64,000 nucleotides of DNA. It comes from an uncultured Acidobacteriota bacterium. GTDB lineage: Bacteria > Acidobacteriota > JAQAZP01. Positions 1 to 9,279 of the stretch are shown here, one piece after another (position 1 is the first letter of the stretch; the number at the start of each line of letters is the position of its first letter). The stretch is from the NCBI GenBank assembly GCA_963836075.1, contig CAWIIB010000009.1:2720001-2784000 (forward strand). The letters run 5' to 3'. The notes under the pieces are model-generated. The model ran no database searches. It saw only the letters and a program-made list of their open reading frames with translations, and had not been told where the DNA came from. The translations under genes and the position numbers were made by a program.

Positions 1-608
1 CACAGCGATGCGGCGGTGGAGTCCATCACCCGCAGCGACTTCTCCAGCACCTCGCGGTAGGTCACCTGCTCGTAGCGTTTCGCGTCGGGGTTCGTTTCCG
101 GGTCATCGTCGTAGACCCCGTCCACCCGCGTGGCCTTGAGCACCACGTCACAGTCCATCTCCACCGCCGAGAGCGCGGCGGTGGTGTCGGTGGTGAAGTA
201 GGGGCGGCCGATGCCGCCGGCGAAGATCACCACCTTGCCCGCGTCGAGGTCCTCGAGGGCGTCGCGCCGGGTGTAGCAGCGGGCAAAGGCGCTCATGTCG
301 ATGGAGGTGAAGAGGGAGGTGGAGAGGCCCAGCCCCTCGAGAATGTCCTGCAGGCCCAGCCCGTTGATCACCGTCCCCAGCATGCCCATGTAGTCGCCGG
401 TGACCCGGCGGATCTGTTTCGGGGCCAGGCTGCCGCGGAAGATGTTGCCGCCGCCCACCACCACCGCGGTCTTGACCCCGGAGGCCACCAGGTGGGCGAT
501 CTGGCCGGCGATGTAGACCGCGGTTTCGGGGTGGATCCCCATCTTTGCGTCGCCGGCCAGGGCCTCGCCGCTCATTTTGACCAGCACTCGCTCGTACTGC
601 ACTCCCAT
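1..608 (-). CDS. pyrH: UMP kinase (3' end runs off the window)
   Basis: Manual minus-strand translation from ATG at 608 gives MGVQYERVLVKMSGEALAG...VVVGGGNIFRG...GDYMGMLGTVIN...GRPYFTTDTTAAL...KATRVDGVYDDDP. An AGGGGGAG RBS lies upstream. Not in the ORF track because it has no stop in the window. Confidence 0.96.
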   Translation of the reverse strand, partial: MGVQYERVLVKMSGEALAGDAKMGIHPETAVYIAGQIAHLVASGVKTAVVVGGGNIFRGSLAPKQIRRVTGDYMGMLGTVINGLGLQDILEGLGLSTSLFTSIDMSAFARCYTRRDALEDLDAGKVVIFAGGIGRPYFTTDTTAALSAVEMDCDVVLKATRVDGVYDDDPETNPDAKRYEQVTYREVLEKSLRVMDSTAASL

Positions 609-706
609 ACTGCTCCCCCTTGCCATAGTCTGTGGTGGGTGCCGATCCGGCGGCGATGCCGGTGCCAGCTGCTGTTTCCGCCTGCTTGCCTGCCAAAAGC
701 GGGAGT

Positions 707-735
707 ATCTTTGCAGGGCGCGGCCGGGTTGTCAA
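707..735 (-). promoter_or_regulatory. Putative sigma70 promoter for pyrH
   Basis: Minus strand TTGACA-17 bp-AAAGAT; perfect -35, weak -10. Confidence 0.45.
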
Positions 736-742
736 CCGCGGG

Positions 743-1705
743 TCAGGGAGCGGTGCCCGGCTCGACGATGCGCAGCTGCATCCCCTCGGTTCCGCTGCCG
801 GGGTCCACCACGTAGAGCCGCACTCTGGGCAGGATACGCTCCATGGTTTCCAGGTAGAGCCGTTCCCTGGTCAGCCGGGGTGCTCTCTGGTATTCGGTGA
901 GCAGGGCCTCGATCCGCGAGGCCTCGCCCTCGGCCAGGGAGACCCGTTGGCCTTTGAACGCCTTTGCCCGGTCGATGATCCCCTGGGCCTCGCCCCGGGC
1001 CTTGGGCAGGATCTCGTTGGCGTAGCCCATGGATTCGTTGACCAGCCGCTCACGGTCGGCCTTGGCGTTCTGCACGTCCTGGAATGACTGGATCACCGCC
1101 CGGGGCGGCTCCACCAGCTTGAGGTTCATCGAGACCAGCAGGATGCCCAGGTCGTACTGGTCGAGCACCTCCTGGGTCTTCCGCCGGGCCGCCTCGAGCA
1201 TCGAGGCCCGGCCGGTGGTCAGGATGTCGTCGATGCCGGCCTGGCCCACCAGCTCGGTGATCGCCGCTTCGGTGATCCGCCGCAGCAGGAACTGGGGTTT
1301 GGCCGTGGCGAAGAGGAAGGTCGAGGGGCGGCTCACGGTGTACTGCACGATCACCTGCATGTTGACGATGTTGGTGTCCCCGGTGAGCCACTCCATCTCC
1401 ACCGCCGGGGGCTCGATGCCCTGGATCTCCTCGGCGAAGCGGAAGCCGATGCTCATGGTGAAGTTGGTGGTGGTGCGCAGGGTGTGCGAGGCGCCCACCG
1501 GCCAGGGCGGGCAGTAGTGCAGCCCCGGCCCCACCCGGTCCTTGTGCAGCCCACCGAAGAGCAGCACCACCCCTTCCTCGTCCTGGGAGACGGAGAAGAT
1601 GCCCGAGAGCAGGTAGAGGGCCAGCAGAAGCGCCAGTCCCGCGACGGCCCAGTAGCGGGTCCCCCGGCGGCGCCGTCCGTCCCGGCTGGTATCCCCATCG
1701 GTCAC
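743..1705 (-). CDS. HflK-like SPFH/Band 7 membrane protein
   Basis: N-terminal TM, then GVVLLFG..GPGLHY.PPWP, LTGDTNIV, VEPPRAVIQSFQDVQNAKADRER, PKARGEA, ERLYLETMERIL. GTGA overlap with the upstream hflC-like gene. Confidence 0.9.
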   Translation of the reverse strand: MTDGDTSRDGRRRRGTRYWAVAGLALLLALYLLSGIFSVSQDEEGVVLLFGGLHKDRVGPGLHYCPPWPVGASHTLRTTTNFTMSIGFRFAEEIQGIEPPAVEMEWLTGDTNIVNMQVIVQYTVSRPSTFLFATAKPQFLLRRITEAAITELVGQAGIDDILTTGRASMLEAARRKTQEVLDQYDLGILLVSMNLKLVEPPRAVIQSFQDVQNAKADRERLVNESMGYANEILPKARGEAQGIIDRAKAFKGQRVSLAEGEASRIEALLTEYQRAPRLTRERLYLETMERILPRVRLYVVDPGSGTEGMQLRIVEPGTAP

Positions 1706-2583
1706 TTGCCGGCCCCTTCGGTGAGCAGTTTCATCAGTTCCGAGTCGGTGGGCACCACCACCGTGGTTTGCCCGTCGATGATCTTTTCGTACGATTCGAG
1801 GGTGCGGATGAACTTGTAGAACTCGGGGTCCTGCTTGATCACCGACGTGTAGCGCTGGGCGGCCAGCGCCTCGCCCTCTCCGCGGATCTCCCGGGCCTGC
1901 TTGTCCGCCTGGGCCAGGATCTCGGTCCGTTCCCGCTCGGCTTCGGAACGGATGATCATCGACCGCTCCTCACCCTCGGAACGGAACTTGGTGGCGATCC
2001 GTTCCCGCTCGGCCCGCATCCGTTTGAACACGCTCTGCTTGTTCTGCTCGGGGAAGTTCAGCCGGCGGATGCGGAAATCCACCACCCGAATCCCCAGATC
2101 GGCCTCGGCCCGCTGCCGGCAGCGGGCGAGCACCGGGGCCACCACCTCGGTGAGCATGAAGGCCTCCCCGTCGGTGTTCACCAGCCCGCCAAAAGGCGTG
2201 TTGCCCAGTTCCGACCCCAGCTCGGAGGAGATGATGTCGGAGAGCCGGGCCTCGGCGCCCCGGCGGTTGAACACCCGCTGCATGAAGGTCAGCGGGTCCT
2301 TGATCTGCCAGATGGCGAAGCTGGAGACCACCACGTTCTTCTTGTCCTGGGTCAGGCACTCCATGTCCGGCGTGTCGTAGACCAGCAGCCGGTTGGAGAA
2401 CTTCTCGACGTTCTGCAGCAGTTTCAGCGGGCTGAACTTCAGGCCCGGCTCCATGCAGATCCGCACCGGTTTGCCGAACTGGGTCACCACCGCGTACTCG
2501 GTCTGGTGCACGGTGAAGAAGAAGCAGGGGCCGGCCAGGACCAGCAGCAGCAGGACGGCCAGGATGACGATTCCAGGTTTCAT
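1702..2583 (-). CDS. HflC-like SPFH protein
   Basis: FTVHQTEYAVVTQFGKP, LTQDKKNVVV, SVFKRMRAERERIATKFRSEGEE, DPEFYKFIRTLESY. Start moved to ATG 2583, giving an ATGA overlap with the upstream stop. Confidence 0.9.
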   Translation of the reverse strand: MKPGIVILAVLLLLVLAGPCFFFTVHQTEYAVVTQFGKPVRICMEPGLKFSPLKLLQNVEKFSNRLLVYDTPDMECLTQDKKNVVVSSFAIWQIKDPLTFMQRVFNRRGAEARLSDIISSELGSELGNTPFGGLVNTDGEAFMLTEVVAPVLARCRQRAEADLGIRVVDFRIRRLNFPEQNKQSVFKRMRAERERIATKFRSEGEERSMIIRSEAERERTEILAQADKQAREIRGEGEALAAQRYTSVIKQDPEFYKFIRTLESYEKIIDGQTTVVVPTDSELMKLLTEGAGK

Positions 2584-4823
2584 CGGTTCGTGTCCTCCAC
2601 CAGCGCGGTTGCCGGGGTTTCCGGGGCGCAGGTTGGGCAATCCTCCGGGGAAGAGGAGCGGAGCCAGAGATCGAATTGTCCCACATCCCGCCCGCCGGGA
2701 GTGATGAAGAGCTGTGTCCGGGGCAGCACCCGTTCGGCGCTTTCCATGTAGAGCCGGAAGCGGGTCATTCTCTCGGCGCCGCCGATGGCCTCCAGCAGGC
2801 TCTGGAACCCTGCCGTCTCACCCTCGGCGGCCAGCACCGCACCTGTTTTCGCCGCCGTGGCCCGGGCCACGCTGCGGTCCGCCTCCCCCCGGGCCAGGTG
2901 CAGCCGCTCCTCGCGGTAGCCCTGGGCCTGGTTGACCATGGTGTTGCGGTCCTCCATGGCGCTGGCCACGTCGCGGAAGGCGTCGTGAACCTCCAGCGGG
3001 GCGTGGGTGTCCAGCAGGTGGAACGAGGTGACCAGGATGCCCGAGTCATACGACCCGGGGCTCTCCGAGTCGAGGATCTGCTGGGCCCGCCGGGCCGTCT
3101 CCTGTTCCACCGCCGCTCGGGCGGTGGTGTAGATTTCGTCGATCGGTTCCCGGCCGAGGATTTCCATCAGCACGCTGCCCACCACTCGGGCCACCAGCCG
3201 GTCGGCGTCCTCCACCGAGTAGAGGAAACGCTCAGCGTCGCTGACCCGATAGTGGGTGACGAATGCCGCCTGGATGATGTTCTCGTCACCGGTGATGAAC
3301 AGCGATTCCTCGTTGAACTGGCGGGCCGTGCCGCGCCGGCGGGACTCGCCCAGCGGCATCTGGTCATCGGCCGGCAGCGTCTCCTCCTCCATGGTCTGGA
3401 AGCCGCCGAACACCTGGCGTATCTCCTCGGTGAGGCAGATTTCGGAGAGGGCGAAGGGCCAGGGCGGGCAGTAGTGCAGGCCCGGGGGCACGGCGCTCCT
3501 GGTCAGGCTGCCGAACAGACGCACCATCCCCACCTCGCCCGGTCGGACAATGAAGAAGCCCTGGCTGAGGTAGAGGACGGCGATGAGCAGCGCGGTGAGA
3601 TAGAAACTGGGCCGCCGGAAGATCGCCGAGGGGTCGAAGCTGCGGAGCCAGGCCCCGAAGGTGCGGATGTGCTGCCACAGTTCGGCGATGTCCTTGCGGA
3701 ACCCGGTGCGCTGGAAACTGGCCCCGGCCAGCACGGTAAAGGCCAGCAGGCCGATGAAGCGCAGCAGGACGCCGGCCAGCGACGGCGGTGTTTCCTCCTG
3801 GCCCCAGAGCGTGAACTGGTCGGCGCTGAACAGGGCATTGGTGGCCATGCCGAGGGTCATGCAGACGATGATGATGGAGAGGAGGTAGATGCGCAGGAAG
3901 CGGCCGCCGAACACCCGGCCCACGATCATCAGCGTGCCGATGTTGGTCACCGGCCCGGCGAGGAGGAAGACCAGCCCGGCGCCGGGGCTCAGCCCCTTGG
4001 CCATCAGCGCCGCGGCCAGCGGCGTGGAACTGGTGGCGCAGAGGTAGAGCGGGATGCCCACCAGCAGCATGGCCACCATCTCCACGGTGGGGTTGCCCAT
4101 CACCTGGTCGAAAAAGTCGTTGGGCAGGATGGCGCTGAGGAAGCCGGTGAGCACCATGCCGAAGACGATCCAGAAGGCCAGGTCGTCCATCATCTCCACG
4201 AAGCCGTAGTGCAAGGCCTCACGGAGCACACTCTTCCACTGCCTCTTCCCGGCCGGCGGGGCTGCGGGCTCGGGCTCGGTTGTCTCTTCACCGCTGCCGC
4301 AGCAGCAGGACGGAGCCGGGGTGTCGCTCCCGGGCACTGCCTGCTGGTCCGGCGGCGGGCAGCAGGAGGCCTTCTCCTCCTCGGGCAGCGACTCGGCCCG
4401 GGCGCCCCGGCCGGGGGAGAGCAGGATCCAGGTGCCGGCGGTGATGGCGGTGAGCATTGCCACCAGCGGCCGGATCACCGCCATCAGCGGGCCGATCAGC
4501 CCCCAGGTGAGCAGGATCGACGGCAGACCGGTCTCCGGGGTGGAAATGAGAAAGGACATGGTGGCCGGCCGGCTGGCCCCGTTCTTGCGCAGGCTCACCG
4601 CGGCCGGCACCACCCCGCAGGAGCAGATGGGCAGCGGTGCGCCGAAGAGCGTGGCCTTGACCACCGAGGCGAAGCTCGACGCGCCCAGCATCCGCTGCAG
4701 CAGGTCGGTGCGCAGCACGATCCGCACCAGTCCGGCGAGGAAGAACCCGGCGAGGATGTAGATCGAGGCTTCATAGAAGACCTTGTAGGTCTCCGCGGCA
4801 AGATTGATAAAGAAACTGATCAT
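2580..4823 (-). CDS. DUF318/SO_0444-type (ArsP-like) metal permease fused to a C-terminal HflK-like SPFH domain
   Basis: Permease motifs PLPICSCGVVP..ISTPETG and GIPLYLCATSSTP..LVFLLAGPVTN, with a Cys-rich linker (SCCPP..SCCCG). Then TM and GFFIVRPGEVGMVRLFG, PGLHYCPPWP, ITGDENII, DAFRDVASAMEDR, ARGEA, FRLYME. Confidence 0.85.
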   Translation of the reverse strand: MISFFINLAAETYKVFYEASIYILAGFFLAGLVRIVLRTDLLQRMLGASSFASVVKATLFGAPLPICSCGVVPAAVSLRKNGASRPATMSFLISTPETGLPSILLTWGLIGPLMAVIRPLVAMLTAITAGTWILLSPGRGARAESLPEEEKASCCPPPDQQAVPGSDTPAPSCCCGSGEETTEPEPAAPPAGKRQWKSVLREALHYGFVEMMDDLAFWIVFGMVLTGFLSAILPNDFFDQVMGNPTVEMVAMLLVGIPLYLCATSSTPLAAALMAKGLSPGAGLVFLLAGPVTNIGTLMIVGRVFGGRFLRIYLLSIIIVCMTLGMATNALFSADQFTLWGQEETPPSLAGVLLRFIGLLAFTVLAGASFQRTGFRKDIAELWQHIRTFGAWLRSFDPSAIFRRPSFYLTALLIAVLYLSQGFFIVRPGEVGMVRLFGSLTRSAVPPGLHYCPPWPFALSEICLTEEIRQVFGGFQTMEEETLPADDQMPLGESRRRGTARQFNEESLFITGDENIIQAAFVTHYRVSDAERFLYSVEDADRLVARVVGSVLMEILGREPIDEIYTTARAAVEQETARRAQQILDSESPGSYDSGILVTSFHLLDTHAPLEVHDAFRDVASAMEDRNTMVNQAQGYREERLHLARGEADRSVARATAAKTGAVLAAEGETAGFQSLLEAIGGAERMTRFRLYMESAERVLPRTQLFITPGGRDVGQFDLWLRSSSPEDCPTCAPETPATALVEDTNR

Positions 4824-4900
4824 CGCACTTCAGCTGGTATCCCGATCATCAAACAGCACTATCGTGGACACAAATAGTCTCGCATAATCGCCGGGCCAAT

Positions 4901-5908
4901 TCAATGAGATGATGGTTCGGCCCGCAGCTGGGCCGCGGCCTTTTCCGGGGAGACGTGGCTGATGTAGATCCCGGCGCCCCACTCGAACCCGGCGATCCAG
5001 CTGAACTCGGGCAGCAGTTCCAGGTGCCAGTGATAGCTCTCCCCGTGCTCGTCGCCCGTGGGCGCGGTGTGCAGCACCAGGTTGAACGGCGGGTTGTTGA
5101 GCAGCTCCTTCATCCGGGTCAGCAGCCGCTTGAGCATGGCGGCCAGGTCGTCGATCTCGCGGTCGGTGGCCAGCGGGAAGCCTGCCGAGTGCCGGCGGGG
5201 GATGATCCAGGTCTCGTACGGCTTGCGCGGGGCATAGGCGGCCAGGGCGGCAAATCCGTCGCTCAGGGCCACCACCCGCTCCTGCTCCCGCTCCTCCTCC
5301 TCGATCATGCTGCAGTAGATGCAGCGCCCGGTCTCCCGGTGGTGGCGGGCCGCGCCGGCCAGCTCCTCCAGTACGTGCTTGGGCACCACCGGCAGGGCGA
5401 TGATCTGGGAGTGGCTGTGGGACAGCGACGCCCCGGCCTTGGCGCCGTGGTTCTTGAAGAACATCACGTGCCGGATCCGCCGGTCCCGGAGAAGTTCGGC
5501 CATCCGGTCGCGGCAGAGGCGGAGCATGGAGGCGATGTGGACGGGATCCATGTCGGCCAGCCCCTGCCGGTGCAGGGGCGTCTCGATCAGCACCTCGTGG
5601 GACCCGGCGGCGGACATCCGGCTGCGCAACGCGCCGCCGCCCGGCTCGGCCTCGCCGGTGAGGCGCAGCGCCGGGTAGCGGTTGGGCACCAGCCGGGCCT
5701 GCCAGCCCGGCCCGTCGGCCGGGGATCCGTCCGGACGGATGGCGACGATCTCCGGCGGGGTCTCGGCCTCGTTCCCCGCGCAGAAGGGGCAGTCGGGGCC
5801 GCCTTCCGCACCACGTGACGGGTGGTGAAAATCGTGGGGCCGGTCTGCCCGGTCGGGGGCGATGATCACCCACCGGCCGTTCACCGGGTCTCGGCGCATC
5901 TCCGACAC
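4901..5908 (-). CDS. galT: Galactose-1-phosphate uridylyltransferase (GalT/HIT family)
   Basis: MSEMRRDPVNGRWVII, CPFCAGNE, FKNHGAKAGASLSHSHSQ catalytic motif, YHWHLE, AGFEWG. GTG start at 5908 with GGAGG RBS. Confidence 0.9.
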   Translation of the reverse strand: MSEMRRDPVNGRWVIIAPDRADRPHDFHHPSRGAEGGPDCPFCAGNEAETPPEIVAIRPDGSPADGPGWQARLVPNRYPALRLTGEAEPGGGALRSRMSAAGSHEVLIETPLHRQGLADMDPVHIASMLRLCRDRMAELLRDRRIRHVMFFKNHGAKAGASLSHSHSQIIALPVVPKHVLEELAGAARHHRETGRCIYCSMIEEEEREQERVVALSDGFAALAAYAPRKPYETWIIPRRHSAGFPLATDREIDDLAAMLKRLLTRMKELLNNPPFNLVLHTAPTGDEHGESYHWHLELLPEFSWIAGFEWGAGIYISHVSPEKAAAQLRAEPSSH

Positions 5909-5963
5909 GGTCCAGTCCCTCCTCACGGTTGGTATTCCCGGCCGGTTGCCGGGTTTCGCGGTG

Positions 5964-5993
5964 AGCCTATGGTGGAACCCCCCGGCTTGTCAA
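5964..5993 (-). promoter_or_regulatory. Putative sigma70 promoter for galT
   Basis: Minus strand TTGACA-18 bp-TAGGCT. Confidence 0.55.
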
Positions 5994-6156
5994 CGCGAAT
6001 GAATATTTGAAAGAAATTCCGGCATGATGTAATCTTGCTCAGGAAAACTACCGACAACTTAGGTACATGCAAGGGAACACCCGGCAGCTCGGGGGGGGGA
6101 AGGCGCGGCGGTATGTGCGCAGCGCTCCATCGGAATATCACGGAGAAGTGAGAAAC

Positions 6157-7356
6157 ATGGTACGCAGTTGTGGCTGGTTGGTGGTGGTCGGGTTGGCGGT
6201 GCTGATCTGCATCGAGGCGGCAGGGGCCGGCACAGTGGCCGCCCAGCCCGTCGAGGGCCGGGATATCGAGTTCTCCAGGGGCTTCCTCGGCATCTACCGC
6301 AAGATGATGGAGATCGAACAGCCGATTCTGGACGCCTGCAAAAAATACGATCTCAACCCGCTGCTGGCCAAGGCGGTCTGCTGTTACGAGTCGGGCGGCA
6401 ACGCCAACCTCACCTCCTGGGCCGGGGCCAAGGGCTACTTCCAGGTGATGCCGCGCACCTTCCGCAGTTTGAAGGTGCGGACCAACATCGAAGCCGGGGT
6501 CAAGTATCTGTCCCAGCAGTACAAGGCGTTCCAGCGCGAGGATTACGCGGTGGCGGCGTACAACGGCGGGCCGGCCAATCTCAACCGCAACCGCTCGCTG
6601 CGCCTGGAAACGGTGCAGTATGTCATCGGTGTGGGCGACTTCCGCTCGCTGCTCTACAACCACGAAGCGGAGATCCGCGCCGAGGCCTCGAAACTGAAAC
6701 TGCGCACGCTGAAAGACGGCGATGACTGGTGGTCGCTCTCCCGCACCCTGGGGCTGCCGATGGTGGAGCTGCGGATGTACAACCCCTTCCTGGCCCACCG
6801 CACCTTGAAGAAGGGCATGATCGTCGCCTACCCGGCGCAGAGCGAGGGGATCAACAATCTCTTCGAGATGGAGGGACAGAACGTGGTCTACACCTCCCGG
6901 CCGGGGGACAACTACTTCCACGTGGCCTTCATCTTCGGCGCCGACCTCGACACCTTCCGCCAGGACAACTTCATCTGGCGCGTGCAGGCGCTGCCGCCCC
7001 TGACCCGGCTGGTGATTCAGCCCAAGCCGGCCAAGACCCGGATCATGCACACCGTCAGCGCGGGCCAGAGCATCCCCGACATCGCCACCCGCCGGGAGAG
7101 CGACCCCTGGACCGTGGTCAGCTACAACCGCCTCTGGACCCAGCAGGACCCGGCCCCCGGGACGGTGCTCGCCATTCCTCAGGAGCCCAAAAAGCCCGAG
7201 TACGTCTACCACCGGGTGCGCAGCGGGGAAAACCTGAGCAAGATCGCCCGGCGCTACGGGGTGACGGTGAGGGATATCCAGCGGGCCAACGGCATGAGCT
7301 CCCGCAACACCCGGATCATCACCGGCAAGAAGCTTAAGATCCCTCAGCAAGGATGA
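6157..7356 (+). CDS. Lytic transglycosylase (SLT domain) with multiple LysM domains
   Basis: Signal peptide; YESGG (catalytic Glu), AKGYFQVMP, AAYNGG; C-terminal LysM HRVRSGENLSKIARRYGVTVRDIQRANG and degenerate LysM repeats. Confidence 0.88.
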   Translation: MVRSCGWLVVVGLAVLICIEAAGAGTVAAQPVEGRDIEFSRGFLGIYRKMMEIEQPILDACKKYDLNPLLAKAVCCYESGGNANLTSWAGAKGYFQVMPRTFRSLKVRTNIEAGVKYLSQQYKAFQREDYAVAAYNGGPANLNRNRSLRLETVQYVIGVGDFRSLLYNHEAEIRAEASKLKLRTLKDGDDWWSLSRTLGLPMVELRMYNPFLAHRTLKKGMIVAYPAQSEGINNLFEMEGQNVVYTSRPGDNYFHVAFIFGADLDTFRQDNFIWRVQALPPLTRLVIQPKPAKTRIMHTVSAGQSIPDIATRRESDPWTVVSYNRLWTQQDPAPGTVLAIPQEPKKPEYVYHRVRSGENLSKIARRYGVTVRDIQRANGMSSRNTRIITGKKLKIPQQG

Positions 7357-7415
7357 GCCCGGTGACCGGGCCGAGCTGCGCGCCATCTGCGACGAAGCGG
7401 AAACAGAGGACGAGA

Positions 7416-9266
7416 TCATCGAGATGTTGAGTTGTCAGAAGTAGCGTGGATTTCTTCCGGGGAGACCGGCCGGGCCAGCACCGTTTCGAACCTCTTCAGC
7501 GTCACCAGCCCGGGGGCCGCGCCCTTGGGCCGCTTCACCGACTTGCGCCGGGTCAGGTGCACGTCCACGCTCTTGCTCCTGCGGCCCCGGGAGTAGTGGG
7601 CGGCCAGTCCGGCGGCCTGCTGGAGGGTTCTCGGCGGCAGCTTGTCCAGGCGCCCCGGGTTGCGCACCACCACGTGGGAGCCGGGCATCCCCCCGGCATG
7701 AAGCCAGAAGTCTTCAGGGCCGGCCAGGCGGAAGGTCACCTGGTCATTGCCCCGGGCACTGCGGCCCACCAGGATCTCCATGCCGTCGGCGGACTTCAGA
7801 CGGATCACGCCGGCGATGGTCTGATCACCGCCGCCCTTGCGGCCCGCCTCTGTCCGTACCACCGGGGCCGAGATGAGCTTTGCCGACTGCGCTTCCTGCT
7901 CCACCGCCCGCAGCTCTTCCACGGTCTCGGCCAGCTCGGCGGCGGAGAGCAGCTCATCGATGAAGGCGCCTTCGAGACGGATCGGCTCCAGACGGGTCTG
8001 CACCGATTCGAGGCCGCGCTGGGACCGGCGGTAGCGGCGGAAAAAGGACTGGGCGTTCTGCACCAGGGTCATTTTGGGGTCCAGCTGGATCTTTACCTCG
8101 GGACTGCCGGGCTGGTAGAGGTCATTCACCGTGACGCTGTCCAGACCCCGTTTCTTCCGCCCGCCGGCAAAGGTGTCCAGCGCCGCGGTGAGCAGTTCCC
8201 CGTTGCGCCGCAACTCTTCGGCCGCGGAGAAACGGGTCTCGTCCTTCTCCAGCCGCTCCAGCAGCTTGAGATTCTTCTTGCCCGCCCGGCCCAGTTTGCG
8301 CACCAGGTCCCGGCGCAGCCGGTCCATCCCCGCCCGGGCCAGGATCTCCTCCCGGCAGCGGGCTGACGCTTCGGCCAGGGTGGGGAACGATTCACGCCGC
8401 CACTGGCCGGAGGAGCGGGAGGCCTCCAGCGGGATGGCGCAAGCCACCGGAAGCGCCGCGGTGGGGTCCTGCGGGCGATGCAGGTGGCCGGGGTGGCTGC
8501 CGGACGTGCGCAGTTCCTCCAGCTGGCCGAGAAAGTGGTCCCAGGTTTCCATCACTGCCGGCGGCGGCTGGCTGAGCAGCCGGGCGGCCAGCTCCGAGGC
8601 ATAGACCGGGCCGAACCCCTCCAGGGCGCTGATCAGCGAGCGGTAAAGGCCCATCCGGTCACTGGCTGGAGCAAATCGCTCCAGGGTGTTGCCCAGATAC
8701 TGCTCCACCCGGTCCCGCTGCTCCCCGCCGGGGCCGGCGGAAAAGGGATCGAACTTTTCCCGGCCCGGGGCCCTTTTGGGCGGGCTGTACGGTGACCCGG
8801 GGAGCAGGCGATTGGCCGGCTGGCGGTCCGAGCCGAGCACGTTGCCCTGCTGATCGATCAGGGCCAGCAGGGCGCTTTTACCGGTCAACTCCACCACCAG
8901 CGTGCTGGCGGCCCGGGCCCCGCCCGGCATGGTCTTCTCCGCGGCCAGGAGAAAGATCCGTTCCAGGCGCACCTTGCGCAGCGATGCCACCCGGGCCCCC
9001 TCCAGATACTTGCGCAGCAGCATCAGGAAAGGGGAGGGGGGGAGGTCCGGTTTTGGCCCGGACGGGCTCCGCTCGCCGCCCAGGGGCAGGAGGCAGGGGT
9101 AGAGCGGGCCGGGGGAGACCAGAAGCCACGGCGCGCCCGGCCCGTCCAGCCGGAACAGGATGCCTGCATGGTCCGGGGCCGGGGCCGGCGTGATCTTGCG
9201 GATCACGGCATTGCCGGCACTCTCGGAGAGTGGTTGCTGCAGGGCCAGAAGGTCGAAGTTTTCCAT
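7416..9266 (-). CDS. rqcH: RqcH/NFACT (FbpA-like) ribosome quality control protein
   Basis: SPFLMLLRKYLEGA, LERIF, VELTG, IQLDPKMTLVQNAQSFF, ILVGRSARGND.VT, WLHAGGMPGSHVVV, AAGLAAHYS. Confidence 0.88.
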   Translation of the reverse strand: MENFDLLALQQPLSESAGNAVIRKITPAPAPDHAGILFRLDGPGAPWLLVSPGPLYPCLLPLGGERSPSGPKPDLPPSPFLMLLRKYLEGARVASLRKVRLERIFLLAAEKTMPGGARAASTLVVELTGKSALLALIDQQGNVLGSDRQPANRLLPGSPYSPPKRAPGREKFDPFSAGPGGEQRDRVEQYLGNTLERFAPASDRMGLYRSLISALEGFGPVYASELAARLLSQPPPAVMETWDHFLGQLEELRTSGSHPGHLHRPQDPTAALPVACAIPLEASRSSGQWRRESFPTLAEASARCREEILARAGMDRLRRDLVRKLGRAGKKNLKLLERLEKDETRFSAAEELRRNGELLTAALDTFAGGRKKRGLDSVTVNDLYQPGSPEVKIQLDPKMTLVQNAQSFFRRYRRSQRGLESVQTRLEPIRLEGAFIDELLSAAELAETVEELRAVEQEAQSAKLISAPVVRTEAGRKGGGDQTIAGVIRLKSADGMEILVGRSARGNDQVTFRLAGPEDFWLHAGGMPGSHVVVRNPGRLDKLPPRTLQQAAGLAAHYSRGRRSKSVDVHLTRRKSVKRPKGAAPGLVTLKRFETVLARPVSPEEIHATSDNSTSR

Positions 9267-9279
9267 GGTGCGCTCCGGG

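Noticed and set aside
5994-6156. Long leader upstream of the SLT-LysM gene as a possible riboswitch (c-di-AMP or c-di-GMP)
   Set aside because: I could not match the conserved ydaO or GEMM motifs by eye; an Rfam/Infernal scan would be needed.
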